A DNA stretch of 56,799 bases. It comes from a virus. Taxonomy: Duplodnaviria; Caudoviricetes. The stretch is taken from IMG/VR virus record IMGVR_UViG_3300049783_001292, positions 1 to 56,799 of that record; one strand, 5' to 3'. The position numbers and the translations under genes are program-made. The notes under the pieces are model-generated. The model was not told where the DNA came from. It was given only the letters and a program-made list of their open reading frames with translations, and did not search any database. Shown here one piece after another: positions 27,968 through 38,790 of this stretch; within the stretch, counting starts at the first letter, position 1, and every line of letters starts with the position of its first letter.

Positions 27968-30900
27968 ATGACTGCAAACTCAGGTGCTTGGTATCGCACA
28001 GGTAAAGTTACCCTCGTAAATGGCAGCAAAAGTATTGTTGGCACTGATACCTCTTGGTTATCGGCACTAATAGCGGTTGCTGTTGGTGATATTTTTAGTG
28101 TGGACTCGGCAACCTGGTATGAAGTAACTAGCATCAGTGCTGACGGTAGTCTTGAATTAGATAGAAACTTTGAAGGTGGCTCAGCAGGGCCAATTAACTA
28201 CGCGATTATTCGCAACACTTCAGGCACAGTGCTAACCCGTATTGCTGGGCAAATAGCGGTGCAGTTTAATCAAAAGCAATTATTCCTTGATGAATTGCGC
28301 ACCTGGTTAAACTCGGTTAATACAACTGAGAATGTTACTGATAGTCACGGCGTATCAACAGCCATCACGACACCGGCGCAAATGGAAAGCGAACACTCTG
28401 GCCGCATTGCGCAAGTCGATACCTTAGTAAATGGTATTTCTGCCATGACCAAAGCGGAGTTCTTTGCATTAGCTGAAAAGCGTAAAACGGATAGCGCAGG
28501 GAGTGGGTTTAGTGAGTGGGGTAAAACTTATACAACTAGCTCAGTTTATGAAATTGTTAATGAAGGTATTTGGTCATATAGCTCACAGCCAAATAGGTTA
28601 ATGCTTGGTGATGACTTAGATATGATAGGTAATAGTAGAACACCTTACGCGATTTCAAATGTGAATGGTGTTCAATTAGTTATCAAGGCAGTAAATGAAG
28701 ACAATGACAGAGCCCTTATAAAGTTCCCCAACGCTCCCGATGGCACAGAAACATACGACACAAGCAATGGTAACGTAGTCCAACACTCTAGTACTACATT
28801 AGCGTTTGCTTCTGAAACTGCAACGAATAAAGTGATTACTTCTCGTCAAGACTTTGTATTTTTAGAGTCGTGGCATGAGAAAATCTCTGATAAAGACGTA
28901 GTGTATCCTCTTGGTAACGTCCAGTATGGGGCAACTAGTTATGAAGGTATCGCATTAGCTACTAACGGTATTCCTCAAGGTTACTCAGCGTTTGGTGAAT
29001 GGGATACTGCAACAACTGGTAACGATGCTATATGGTCAACATTATCAGATGCAAATAAAGAAAAGTTCATACAAGACCCTGAGAACAATATTTATAGTGA
29101 TGGTGGTGAGTTAATTCAAGTACGTTATAGAAAACGTGTTGTTAAGGGGTTGGGTGATAATTGGGGTGGGTTAGACTTCTCTACCAATTCAGCTAGTTCA
29201 ATCTTATATAACTCTACAAAAAGAGTACAACCACAAGGGTCTAAAACATCACTACCGACAGGTGATTTAGATACATATACAGTGGCTCAGTTCTATAGAA
29301 ACAATACCTCTGGTACTATATCAACAGGACTCCCTTATGGAGTTAGCGTTGCTACTATTGGTAATGACGGAAGTACTTATACCACATCAGCACACAACGG
29401 CCTATGTTTTGCTATCCCTATCGCCCTTGTGAGTAGACGTAATCAAGGCGGTTATCATCCAGTTTATAATAGTAATGGCTGTATGACTTATGCGGCGGAT
29501 GCTAATAGTGATGGATTGGTTAGTCAAAGGCGTGAATGGTCTGCTATGGAAGCTGGAAGGACTATAAGTAACCAACTTGATTGTTTTAGTGATAAGTTAA
29601 ACTGGAACTCAGCAATACCTTCAACAGGGGTTTTTCGTGGTTATTCTGCCGATGGTGCTATAGCTGGTGGCAATTCAGGAAGACCAGACGATAAGTTCTA
29701 CGATGCTATCTATGCTTCTGACGTAAATGACCTAAGAATGTCATCTAAGAAACTACCTTTAGCTGAAATACGTGAAAAGTATAAGAGAATGGCTATTGCA
29801 GGGGAAGTTAGAGGATTTGAGAGTGTTCCTTATTTGTTAAGGTTCGATACTAACTCATATTCAACAAACCCAGATAAACTTAATGTTTTAATAGGAGATG
29901 CCTCTGACGTTTCTGTTGGTGATATAATTGTAATAGAAAGTAGTAATAATACATATGTCACACGTACAGTGGATGCTATTACTAATGATACCCTATTCTT
30001 CCTTGTACCCTTTGACAGATTAGCTAATGGCATAGTTGCAATCCACAAAGCACAAACCCACAAACAAGCCAACCCAACTTGGACGGATATTATAGGTAGT
30101 CCTGCCAACATAGCCGCTACTTTTCCTGATGGTGTTGAGGGGCAGTGGATACCTGTGATACCTGATGGTACTGGTAATTATAAATTAAACAGGAAATCCA
30201 TTAGCTCAGAAGTATCCGCAGAGTGGTCAAACGACAATGGTGCCTCATGGAGTCAGACAGGTACAGCTACTAACTTAGATACTACCAATAATGATATTGG
30301 GCATCCAAGTGTCCACGCAGCTAATTCTGTATCTCTGAATCACTACGAAACCCAAGCGCATTTCACTAGTGATGTGGGTAGTAGCGGTGATAATAGCAAG
30401 GTGTTGGATTTGGGGGGTGTGTGGTGTCATAATGATTATTGGGTTCCTAATGGAATGATACTTCATTCTAGCTTAATAGGTAAAATAGCAACTTCGGGTG
30501 GTTCAGTTGTGCATAATATTGAGCCATCATTAGAGTATATCGCTTTTGATAGTACGGGAGTGATTAGAAGCGGGGGCGCTTACATTGAACCAACACACCC
30601 TACCATTTCCCTAGAAAACCCTGACAATTCTGCCATAAAAACCCTAGACTACTTATCTCATGATAACAACGTAGCTAAATTGTGTTATGCGTATAAAGAA
30701 ATGATTTGGGATAGTGCTGCTGCTGATGTAACTTATTATACTAATATTACTATGGCTTCAGCGATGAACTCAGTAAATACTGGTGAACATTATAATATTA
30801 CAGGCGGTAATCTTTCAGGTTACTACCAGTGTATGTCGCAGTTTTCAGGTAGTTCGTTTCAGACTCATTATGATTCTGGGATAATACGCCTAGACAACAA

Positions 30901-31084
30901 CGGTAACATAATAAAGTCTTCAGATGGCTCGCTAATTGGTAGTTACATGACAGGGGCTGGTTTTGGTGACAACAACAAGTTTGAAATCACTGATGGTCAA
31001 GAATCATTTACTGATGATAATGGTCAGACAGGTCTACGAGGTTCTGCTTCATTTAATACACAACATTTTATAGTGGAGACATAA
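27968..31084 (+). CDS. Tail fiber/tailspike receptor-binding protein
   Basis: WYRTGKVTLVNGSKSIVGTDTSW anchor domain; long S/T/G/N-rich body. Confidence 0.8.
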   Translation: MTANSGAWYRTGKVTLVNGSKSIVGTDTSWLSALIAVAVGDIFSVDSATWYEVTSISADGSLELDRNFEGGSAGPINYAIIRNTSGTVLTRIAGQIAVQFNQKQLFLDELRTWLNSVNTTENVTDSHGVSTAITTPAQMESEHSGRIAQVDTLVNGISAMTKAEFFALAEKRKTDSAGSGFSEWGKTYTTSSVYEIVNEGIWSYSSQPNRLMLGDDLDMIGNSRTPYAISNVNGVQLVIKAVNEDNDRALIKFPNAPDGTETYDTSNGNVVQHSSTTLAFASETATNKVITSRQDFVFLESWHEKISDKDVVYPLGNVQYGATSYEGIALATNGIPQGYSAFGEWDTATTGNDAIWSTLSDANKEKFIQDPENNIYSDGGELIQVRYRKRVVKGLGDNWGGLDFSTNSASSILYNSTKRVQPQGSKTSLPTGDLDTYTVAQFYRNNTSGTISTGLPYGVSVATIGNDGSTYTTSAHNGLCFAIPIALVSRRNQGGYHPVYNSNGCMTYAADANSDGLVSQRREWSAMEAGRTISNQLDCFSDKLNWNSAIPSTGVFRGYSADGAIAGGNSGRPDDKFYDAIYASDVNDLRMSSKKLPLAEIREKYKRMAIAGEVRGFESVPYLLRFDTNSYSTNPDKLNVLIGDASDVSVGDIIVIESSNNTYVTRTVDAITNDTLFFLVPFDRLANGIVAIHKAQTHKQANPTWTDIIGSPANIAATFPDGVEGQWIPVIPDGTGNYKLNRKSISSEVSAEWSNDNGASWSQTGTATNLDTTNNDIGHPSVHAANSVSLNHYETQAHFTSDVGSSGDNSKVLDLGGVWCHNDYWVPNGMILHSSLIGKIATSGGSVVHNIEPSLEYIAFDSTGVIRSGGAYIEPTHPTISLENPDNSAIKTLDYLSHDNNVAKLCYAYKEMIWDSAAADVTYYTNITMASAMNSVNTGEHYNITGGNLSGYYQCMSQFSGSSFQTHYDSGIIRLDNNGNIIKSSDGSLIGSYMTGAGFGDNNKFEITDGQESFTDDNGQTGLRGSASFNTQHFIVET

Positions 31085-31086
31085 TC

Positions 31087-31689
31087 ATGGACTTATTATA
31101 TTTTGAAACTTTAAATGAAGCGGGTGAAGTTGTTGTTAATCGCCCTGAAACAAAATCTAATACCGATTTAGAGCGAGTTATTGCGTTAAACAAGCCAATC
31201 AGTGTTGTTGAGAGATTCGCTGAAATGGTGGTGTTGGGCGAACAATGGGCATGGTATGACTTATATCAGCAATATCTTATCGATGTTATTGAGCATGACG
31301 AGTTAGTTAATAACCATGTGATTGAATACGATGAAGATGGCGTCGAAATAGAATGGTTAGCGCCAATGCCACCGGTTGAAACTACTCGCCCCGTATTAGT
31401 CACCACTGAGCAGTTATTAGCGAGTGCAAAAGGACATTCCGCTTTAGTAAAAAATCGCGGCGTTGAATTGCTTGGCAAAACAATCAGTTTAAATGAGTCT
31501 AATCAAAACGGCATAGCCGCCGTCTTAACCGGCTTGTCTTTAGCTGAAAGCGTTGGCGCTGATATGTTTCCCTTATCGTTTAAAGCGGAAACATTAAGCG
31601 GCGTGGTGTCTATGCCATTTGCTGACTTAGCAGCGTTTAAAGGCTTTGCTTTGCAGTTTATGGGTGCAAGACAGGCGTTTTTCAAATGA
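31087..31689 (+). CDS. Tail fiber-associated protein (chaperone-like)
   Basis: Directly follows the fiber gene. Confidence 0.6.
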   Translation: MDLLYFETLNEAGEVVVNRPETKSNTDLERVIALNKPISVVERFAEMVVLGEQWAWYDLYQQYLIDVIEHDELVNNHVIEYDEDGVEIEWLAPMPPVETTRPVLVTTEQLLASAKGHSALVKNRGVELLGKTISLNESNQNGIAAVLTGLSLAESVGADMFPLSFKAETLSGVVSMPFADLAAFKGFALQFMGARQAFFK

Positions 31690-32018
31690 TGCCGGTACTT
31701 AGAGCGCTCCGGCAATTGCTCGGTTATGCGTTTTTCGGCTACTTACTATTAGGCACTCCATTAGGGGTGTTTTTTTTGGTCCAGTTTTTCTTTATTAGCA
31801 AATATCCGTACTGCTTTTCGACCTGGCTTGTGCTTGATGTTTTTGCATGCCATGTTTTTCATGGCACAGGGGTTAAGCGAACCATTAGCGGTTGGACGGG
31901 GCAGCACATGCACATAAGTAGGCGTTATTACTATCAAGCCAAAGTTATAGATTTTGCTTTTGGTAAAGCCCATTGCTTTAAAACCTTTAAAAGTGAACGC
32001 GCCAAGGGTTACACGTAA
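31686..32018 (+). CDS. Small membrane protein
   Basis: Hydrophobic N-terminal half; TISG...HC motif. Confidence 0.6.
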   Translation: MMPVLRALRQLLGYAFFGYLLLGTPLGVFFLVQFFFISKYPYCFSTWLVLDVFACHVFHGTGVKRTISGWTGQHMHISRRYYYQAKVIDFAFGKAHCFKTFKSERAKGYT

Positions 32019-32073
32019 CTCATAGCGCGAGTTAACTCACTTCACGCCCTCCTTTCGTCAATAGAGATAACTA

Positions 32074-33702
32074 ATGGCCGCTATTTTTTTAAAATCCTTT
32101 CAAGGTGAAAGACCTAGAATTGATCCTAGACATTTACCTAATGAATTCGCGCAAAAAGCAAAAGGGTGCCACTTCTATCATGGCAACCTTTCACCACTAA
32201 GGCAGTTAGCCACAACGGGCGATAACGTCATTACTAATGCAAAGACTATCTTTAGATACCTTAATGAGCATTGGTTTGCGTGGAACGTTGATGTTGATGC
32301 GGTTAACAGTCCAATAGCCAACGATCCGTGGCAACGGGTTTATTTTACCGGTGATGATTTCCCTAAAGTGACCAACAACGCGACATTTAGCGGGGCAAGC
32401 ATGCCAGCAGTATCTTACCGGTTAGGTATTCAGCCGCCTGAGATACCGGTGATCGGTGTGGTGACGGAAGCTGCAACGGAAGAAGTTGATCCTAATGATG
32501 ATGAAGACAGGTATTACACGCACACCTTTGTCACTGAACAAGGCGAAGAAGGACCACCAGGTGAAGCGTCACAAAAAATAGTCTTACTTTACCCTGAAGA
32601 GGCAGAAACCTTTGTCTCGCTTGCCTTTTCACCGCCAAACGTTAACCAGGCCAACATTACGCGCCGAAGAATTTACCGCACTTCAACCGGTGGTGGTGTG
32701 GCTGATTACTTGTTGGTGGCTGATATACCCATTGCTCAAGCACAATTTGTTGATGATATTGCCAGTGCTGCGCTTGGCGCTCCATTAGAGACATACGACT
32801 ATGAGCGGCCACCAACAGATATGTTTGGTTTAGTGTCTATGGCTAACGGCATTATGGCAGGGTTTACCGGCAATACGGTTTGCTTTAGTAAAGCTTACTT
32901 GCCTTACGCTTGGCCAACTGACTATCAAATGACAACTGAGCATAACATTGTCGGCAGAATTGCTATGGGTAACTCAGTAGCAGTGCTAACGGAAGGGTAT
33001 CCTTATATTTTTTCAGGGGTTACGCCTGAGTCAATGGCCGGTCAAAAGCTAGAGTCTAATCAATCTTGTGTCAGTAAGCGCTCGGCAGTTATCGCCAGTG
33101 GCCGCATTATTTACGCAAGCCCTGATGGTCTTGTCGGGCTTACCAGTGCGGGGGCTGACGTTATCACGGATACCATTATCACTAAGGAGCAATGGCAAGC
33201 TTTTGAACCTAGCACTATTGAGGCGTATTTACAGGAAGGTCGATACTTGGCGTTTTATGGCGCCAACCTTGATAAGTGTTTTATCTTTGATCCAACTAAC
33301 GGGGATTTTCGCACCTTTGATGCAATCGCGACTTGTGGCTTTAACGACTTAATGAGTGATTCACTTTACTTATGCCAAGGCGGGTTCATTACCAAGTGGG
33401 AGGCCAGTGCCGGTCTTATGTCCTTTACATGGCATTCAAAAGAATATCGCCTATCCGATAAGTCGATGGCGCATGTTCGCGTGGACGGTGACGATTTAGG
33501 CAATGTGGGTATTCGTATCTTTTGCGACAAAATAGAAATAGCACATAAAACCCCAGGGCAATTAACGCCATTGTCGTTTAGGTTGCCGACTAATCGCGGT
33601 GATGCTTGGGAGTTTGAATTGTATGGCACAGGCACAGTTAAAAGCGTCATTATCTCTGACTCGGCTAGCGACATTAAGAGGCTGTTAAATGAAGCGCAAT
33701 AA
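32074..33702 (+). CDS. Tail nozzle/stabilisation protein
   Basis: FQGERPR, RRIYRT, YLPYAWP and YASPDGLV motifs typical of 933W-like tail proteins. Confidence 0.8.
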   Translation: MAAIFLKSFQGERPRIDPRHLPNEFAQKAKGCHFYHGNLSPLRQLATTGDNVITNAKTIFRYLNEHWFAWNVDVDAVNSPIANDPWQRVYFTGDDFPKVTNNATFSGASMPAVSYRLGIQPPEIPVIGVVTEAATEEVDPNDDEDRYYTHTFVTEQGEEGPPGEASQKIVLLYPEEAETFVSLAFSPPNVNQANITRRRIYRTSTGGGVADYLLVADIPIAQAQFVDDIASAALGAPLETYDYERPPTDMFGLVSMANGIMAGFTGNTVCFSKAYLPYAWPTDYQMTTEHNIVGRIAMGNSVAVLTEGYPYIFSGVTPESMAGQKLESNQSCVSKRSAVIASGRIIYASPDGLVGLTSAGADVITDTIITKEQWQAFEPSTIEAYLQEGRYLAFYGANLDKCFIFDPTNGDFRTFDAIATCGFNDLMSDSLYLCQGGFITKWEASAGLMSFTWHSKEYRLSDKSMAHVRVDGDDLGNVGIRIFCDKIEIAHKTPGQLTPLSFRLPTNRGDAWEFELYGTGTVKSVIISDSASDIKRLLNEAQ

Positions 33703-36700
33703 AAATCAATTTCCTGGTATCCCAAGAAACCCAAAAACAGATGTAGTACAAAGCACGATAACGGAAAACGTTGAGCTGTTAACGGGGGCGCGAGGCAAAA
33801 ACAGGGCGCTATTGGTTAGTGACTTAGTGAACCTTGACGATATGAAACGCAATTCGTTGATTCAGTCGGCTAAAGGAGGCAATAATGGCGGCTTGCCTAT
33901 TGTGCCAGGTGGAGGCATTGAGCGCCCTCATGCGCCGGTCAACTTACAAGGCACTGGTGGTTTTACTTTTATCGCCTTAACGTGGAATGCGCCTAATTAT
34001 AAAGGCCATGCTTATGCAGAAATATTTAGATCTGACACTAACATTTTTGCTGATGCGATAAGGGTAGCCACGGAAGTCACCGATATTTTCAGTGATAGCG
34101 TTAACATGGGTTCACAGTATTATTATTGGGTTCGCTTTGTTAACAAGGCCGATATGATTGGTCCTACTCAGGGGGCTAATGGCTTATACGTTGAAACCCA
34201 GCGATCAGCCGAACAGATACTTGCGGAAATTGGCGGCCAAATTGAGGATAGTCATTTAGGCGAATTTTTATCGAGTAAAATAGGAAAAATACCAGATTTA
34301 TCGTCGGATATGGAAACCTTTAAGGCCGAAATACCTCAGTTAATTGCTGATGTTGGTCAGTTCAAAGTAGACATACCCGCGCTAAGCTTTGATATTGGCG
34401 AGTTAAAGGCCGACATACCCGCGCTAAGTTTTGATGTTGGCGAACTAAAGGTTGATGTTCCTAACATTAAGGACGCAGTTTTTGGCGTTGATGGGTTGGT
34501 CGATACGGTCAAGCAAGACTCAGAAAACGCCAAGCAAACCGCTAATAATGCTAAAGAAACGGCTGAAATTATTTTAGCTGACAATGAGTCGTTAGCGCGA
34601 AGATTGATAGATTCGGCCCTGGTGGGTGATTTAAACTGGAGAAACAATGCGGTTAGCCTTATATCGCTAGAAGCATCGATTGATGGTGTTAAAGCTACGG
34701 TAGCAAGCGAGTTCTACACCCGAACTGAAGCAAACTCTGCCATTGCCGCCGCTTCAACCACTATCCAAACGATGATAGAAGAGAACGGGCTTGCGTTATC
34801 AGGCGATATAGATTCCACTTACTACACCAAAACAACAACCGACGAGGCGATAGCGCTTGCTGGCTTAACCCTTAAAGCAAGTATTGAAGATCCTGAAGGG
34901 GGTAGCGTAGGCGCGACACTCTTTAATGACTACTACACAAAAGTAGGGGCTAACACTGCCACTGCCGCTGCCGGTGACACGCTAAAAGCACAGATTGAAG
35001 ATCCAACCGGCACAAGCTTAGGGGCAACCTTATTCACTAATTATTACACGCAAGCAAACGCTAATGAGGCCATTGCACAAGCAGATACGGCGTTAAAGGC
35101 TGCCATTGAAGATCCAAGTGGTACAAGTATTGGCGCTGAACTGGTGAACAATTACCGTACCACTGCCGACTCAGACACCGCAATCAGTGAAGCAAACTCA
35201 CTGCTAAGAGCGTCTATTGAAAGTCTAGACGGGGGTAGTATTGGCGCAGAGCTTGTGACTAACTACCGCACATCAGCCGGTACTGACACCGCTATCAGTG
35301 AAGCAAGCGACCTCTTAAAGGCTACGATTGAAAATCCCAACGGCGATAGTATCGGTGCCGAGCTATTTAATCACTATGAAACCAAGGCCGACAGTAACGA
35401 GTCGGTTGCCAAGTCTATTTTTGAACTAAGCAGCACGTTTGATAAAGCGACCGAGGCAACGATAGATAACGCTATTGCTAACGACATTCAAAGTGACCGG
35501 CAAAGGGTGGTTGCCGCGAACCTTATTCAGCAACAGAAAACATTTGCTAACGAAAACCAAGCACTAACAGAAACATTGCAAGTGTTAGAATCTCAATTTA
35601 ATGATAGCAATGCCAGTGTGTTTAATTTGTCGCAAACTATGTCCACCAATATCCAAGCGACAGCTAAGAAAGTGTTATTGCTGACCAGTAACATAGGCAA
35701 CGTTAGTGCTGACGTTTATCATAATTTTTATACTAAGGCTGATGCCAATGAAGCAACGGCAACAGCCGATACCGCGCTAAGGGCGGCAATAGAAAATCCA
35801 ACCGGTGATAGTATTGGCGCTGATCTGCAAACGAATTATTACACAAAGACCACCGCTGACAGTGCTATTTCTGAAGCAACGACACAAGTAAAATCCACGA
35901 TTGAAGATCCCACCGGCTCAAGTATTGGCGCTGACCTAGTGGAAAATTACTACACTAAAGTTACTGCTGATACTGCTATATCAAAGGCTGACACCGCACT
36001 AAAAGCCGCAATAGAAAACCCAGTAGGTGATAGCATTGGCGCTGACTTACAGTTAAATTATTACACTAAAACCACTGCTGATGAAGCCACAGCCGAAGCG
36101 AAAACCCAGCTAAAGGCCGCCATTGAAGATCCAAATGGCACAAGTATTGGCGCTGACGTTTATAATAACTTCTACACTAAAACTACCGCTGACGAAGCTA
36201 TCGCAACAGCCGACACCGCATTGAAAACAGCCATTGAAGACCCCACTGGCTCAAGTATTGGCGCTGATCTGCAAACGAACTATTATACTAAAACCACTGC
36301 TGATGAAGCCACGGCTGAAGCAACAACTCAGCTTAAAGCCGCCATTGAAGACCCCATTGGCACAAGTATCGGTGCTGACTTGGTGGAAAACTTTTACACT
36401 AAAACTACCGCTGACGAAGCTATCGCAACAGCCGACACCGCATTGAAAGCAGCCATTGAAGATCCAGTTGGTTCAAGCATTGGCGCTGATCTGCAAACAA
36501 ACTATTACACCAAAGTTACCGCCGACGAAGCCACAGCCGAAGCGACAAAACAACTCAAGGCCGCCATTGAAGATGTTGATGGTAGTAGCATTGGTGCTGA
36601 TCTGGTGGAAAATTTCTATACAAAAACCACCGCCGACGAAGCCACCGCCAAGGCAACGAAGCAACTTAAAGCGGAGGTCGAAGATCCTGATGGCAACAGT

Positions 36701-38725
36701 GTAGGGGCTGAACTTTACAACCGATATGAGACTAAAGCGGATAACGAGAAGTCAACGGCACAAGCGGTATTTGCATTAAGCAGCACTTTTGGCAAATCCA
36801 TTGAAGCCACACTAGATAACGCTTTGGCAAACGATCTAGAAAGCGATAGGCGGCGAGTCATTTCGGCTGACTTAGTTAAGCAGCAAAAGACATTCGCTGA
36901 TGAAACACAAGCGTTAACTCAAAGCTTATTGCAACTCAAGTCACAGTTTAATGACAGTAACGCGCGTGTATTTAGTTTGACACAAACTATGGCTAACAGC
37001 GTCCAGGCAACGGCTAAAAAAATACTTCTGATCAGCAGTGAGCTAGGCAACGTTAGCGCCGATGTTTACCAAAATTTCTATACTAAAACTACGGCTGATG
37101 AAGCTATCGCTGAAGCCGATACCGCACTAAAGACTGAAATGGAAGATCCTGAAGGTTCAAGCATTGGTGCTGATCTGCAGTTAAATTACTACACTAAAGT
37201 CACGGCCAATGAAGCGGTGGCTGAATCGAGCAAGTTACTTAAGGCTGAAATAGAAAACATTGATGGTGATTCTATAGGCGCTGACCTTTACAACAACCAC
37301 TATACTAAAGTCACAGCTAATGAAGCGGTGGCCGAGACAAATAAGATACTTAAGGCTGAAATAGAAGATGCTGATGGCACAAGTCTTGGCGCTTCACTTC
37401 AAGCGCTAGGAAAAACCGTTGCTAATAATGATGAACAATGGGCAATGTGGGGGGTTAAAACCACTGTCAACGAGTTAACTAGTTCGTTTGGCTTGGTGAA
37501 TGACGGGGTTGATCCTATCTTTGCTATCAAAGGTGCTAAGTTTGCGATTATCACAAGCCAAGACCCAGATAACTTAACACCAGTGTTTGCGGTGGTTGAC
37601 GGTAAAACGGTGATGAATGAAGCGGTAATAGACAGTGCTTTTATTCAGTCACTTGTTACGGATGATTTATTGTCTAATCGCGTGACGGTAGGCTCAGTGC
37701 TGAAAACACCCTCTATTAATTATGATCCTACCCTTGGGCGCAGTCAAAATTTCTCAGTAGATCCCAATGGCAACATGCAAGCCAAAAGCGCCGTTTTAGA
37801 AAGTGTGGTTATCAAGGACTCGCTAGGTAATATTGTCATGAGTTCGACCGGCGCTATTCCATCAACCAGAGTTACAGGACTTGGAGGGTTGGCTTTACTG
37901 GATGCGCTTGGCTATGATTCACTGAGTGGCAGACCTACGCTTGGCGCCTTTGCTGCGCTAGATTCGCTTGGCTACGATTCACTGAGTGGAAAGCCTACGC
38001 TTGGTAGCTTGGCCTCGCAAAACTCTCTCGGCTATAATTCACTAACCGGTAAGCCGACACTTGGATCGCTAGCCGCATTAAGTTCGCTAGCCTATGACAG
38101 CGTGACGGGCAAGCCAACTCTAGGGCCATTTGCGGGTTTAGCTAAATTACTGTCAACCAATGTCAGCACCTATATAGAATCTGGCGCCATTGGTAGCGCA
38201 CAAATAAACCAAGCCTATATTGCTGAATTGTTTGGCAATAACGCGTCTTTTGCAGGGACGGTTTATGCGGAGAATATAGATGGTGATGTGGTCGATGTGG
38301 AGACTTATAGCTATCCAAGCACAAGGTCGATAACAACAAGCGAAACGTTTACCTTGTTTAGTGGTTCTGTGGCTGCTGCTGCATTTGGTCGCAAGCTAAC
38401 CTTTGGCGCTATTCCGCTTCATGCGGTCCTAGATCCGACCTCAAATGATACAGCGACATTGACAGTCACATTAAAATACTATCGAGGTTCCTCACTAATT
38501 TATACGTCACCTAGCCTCACGTTTCTTCATGAGGATGCAGGGGAGGTCAAGAGTAGTTTAGCTTCCCATCCTGTTGTTATTGCCATTGCAAGCTCCGCAT
38601 CAGCTACGAGTTTCAATGTAAAGTGTGCGGTTATCAGGGGGTCAAGCCACTACAGTCACCCCAAACTAAACCAATCACAATCTTGCATGGTTAGTTTATT
38701 TAAAGCTGGGGGTGCGCTGTCTTAA
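33689..38725 (+). CDS. Long tail fiber/host-specificity protein with FN3-like N-terminal part, internal repeats and DUF1983-like region
   Basis: YYYWVRFVN; about 17 repeats of 37 aa; FAVVDGKTVMNEAVI. Confidence 0.85.
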   Translation: MKRNKNQFPGIPRNPKTDVVQSTITENVELLTGARGKNRALLVSDLVNLDDMKRNSLIQSAKGGNNGGLPIVPGGGIERPHAPVNLQGTGGFTFIALTWNAPNYKGHAYAEIFRSDTNIFADAIRVATEVTDIFSDSVNMGSQYYYWVRFVNKADMIGPTQGANGLYVETQRSAEQILAEIGGQIEDSHLGEFLSSKIGKIPDLSSDMETFKAEIPQLIADVGQFKVDIPALSFDIGELKADIPALSFDVGELKVDVPNIKDAVFGVDGLVDTVKQDSENAKQTANNAKETAEIILADNESLARRLIDSALVGDLNWRNNAVSLISLEASIDGVKATVASEFYTRTEANSAIAAASTTIQTMIEENGLALSGDIDSTYYTKTTTDEAIALAGLTLKASIEDPEGGSVGATLFNDYYTKVGANTATAAAGDTLKAQIEDPTGTSLGATLFTNYYTQANANEAIAQADTALKAAIEDPSGTSIGAELVNNYRTTADSDTAISEANSLLRASIESLDGGSIGAELVTNYRTSAGTDTAISEASDLLKATIENPNGDSIGAELFNHYETKADSNESVAKSIFELSSTFDKATEATIDNAIANDIQSDRQRVVAANLIQQQKTFANENQALTETLQVLESQFNDSNASVFNLSQTMSTNIQATAKKVLLLTSNIGNVSADVYHNFYTKADANEATATADTALRAAIENPTGDSIGADLQTNYYTKTTADSAISEATTQVKSTIEDPTGSSIGADLVENYYTKVTADTAISKADTALKAAIENPVGDSIGADLQLNYYTKTTADEATAEAKTQLKAAIEDPNGTSIGADVYNNFYTKTTADEAIATADTALKTAIEDPTGSSIGADLQTNYYTKTTADEATAEATTQLKAAIEDPIGTSIGADLVENFYTKTTADEAIATADTALKAAIEDPVGSSIGADLQTNYYTKVTADEATAEATKQLKAAIEDVDGSSIGADLVENFYTKTTADEATAKATKQLKAEVEDPDGNSVGAELYNRYETKADNEKSTAQAVFALSSTFGKSIEATLDNALANDLESDRRRVISADLVKQQKTFADETQALTQSLLQLKSQFNDSNARVFSLTQTMANSVQATAKKILLISSELGNVSADVYQNFYTKTTADEAIAEADTALKTEMEDPEGSSIGADLQLNYYTKVTANEAVAESSKLLKAEIENIDGDSIGADLYNNHYTKVTANEAVAETNKILKAEIEDADGTSLGASLQALGKTVANNDEQWAMWGVKTTVNELTSSFGLVNDGVDPIFAIKGAKFAIITSQDPDNLTPVFAVVDGKTVMNEAVIDSAFIQSLVTDDLLSNRVTVGSVLKTPSINYDPTLGRSQNFSVDPNGNMQAKSAVLESVVIKDSLGNIVMSSTGAIPSTRVTGLGGLALLDALGYDSLSGRPTLGAFAALDSLGYDSLSGKPTLGSLASQNSLGYNSLTGKPTLGSLAALSSLAYDSVTGKPTLGPFAGLAKLLSTNVSTYIESGAIGSAQINQAYIAELFGNNASFAGTVYAENIDGDVVDVETYSYPSTRSITTSETFTLFSGSVAAAAFGRKLTFGAIPLHAVLDPTSNDTATLTVTLKYYRGSSLIYTSPSLTFLHEDAGEVKSSLASHPVVIAIASSASATSFNVKCAVIRGSSHYSHPKLNQSQSCMVSLFKAGGALS
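34880..37400 (+). repeat. 111-bp (37-aa) coding tandem repeats interrupted by two duplicated ~115-aa blocks
   Basis: IEDPxGxSIGADLxxNYYTKTTADEAxAxAxxxLKAA units. Confidence 0.9.
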
Positions 38726-38790
38726 TGTGCATTCAAATTCAGGGCTTGTTGTGCAGATAAGGGGTTGGGTTACTCCTCATAGTTGATGGT

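Noticed and set aside
34880-37400. Regularly spaced repeats suggesting a CRISPR array or DGR template/variable repeats
   Set aside because: They are in-frame coding repeats with synonymous variation; no unique spacers, cas genes or reverse transcriptase are in the window.
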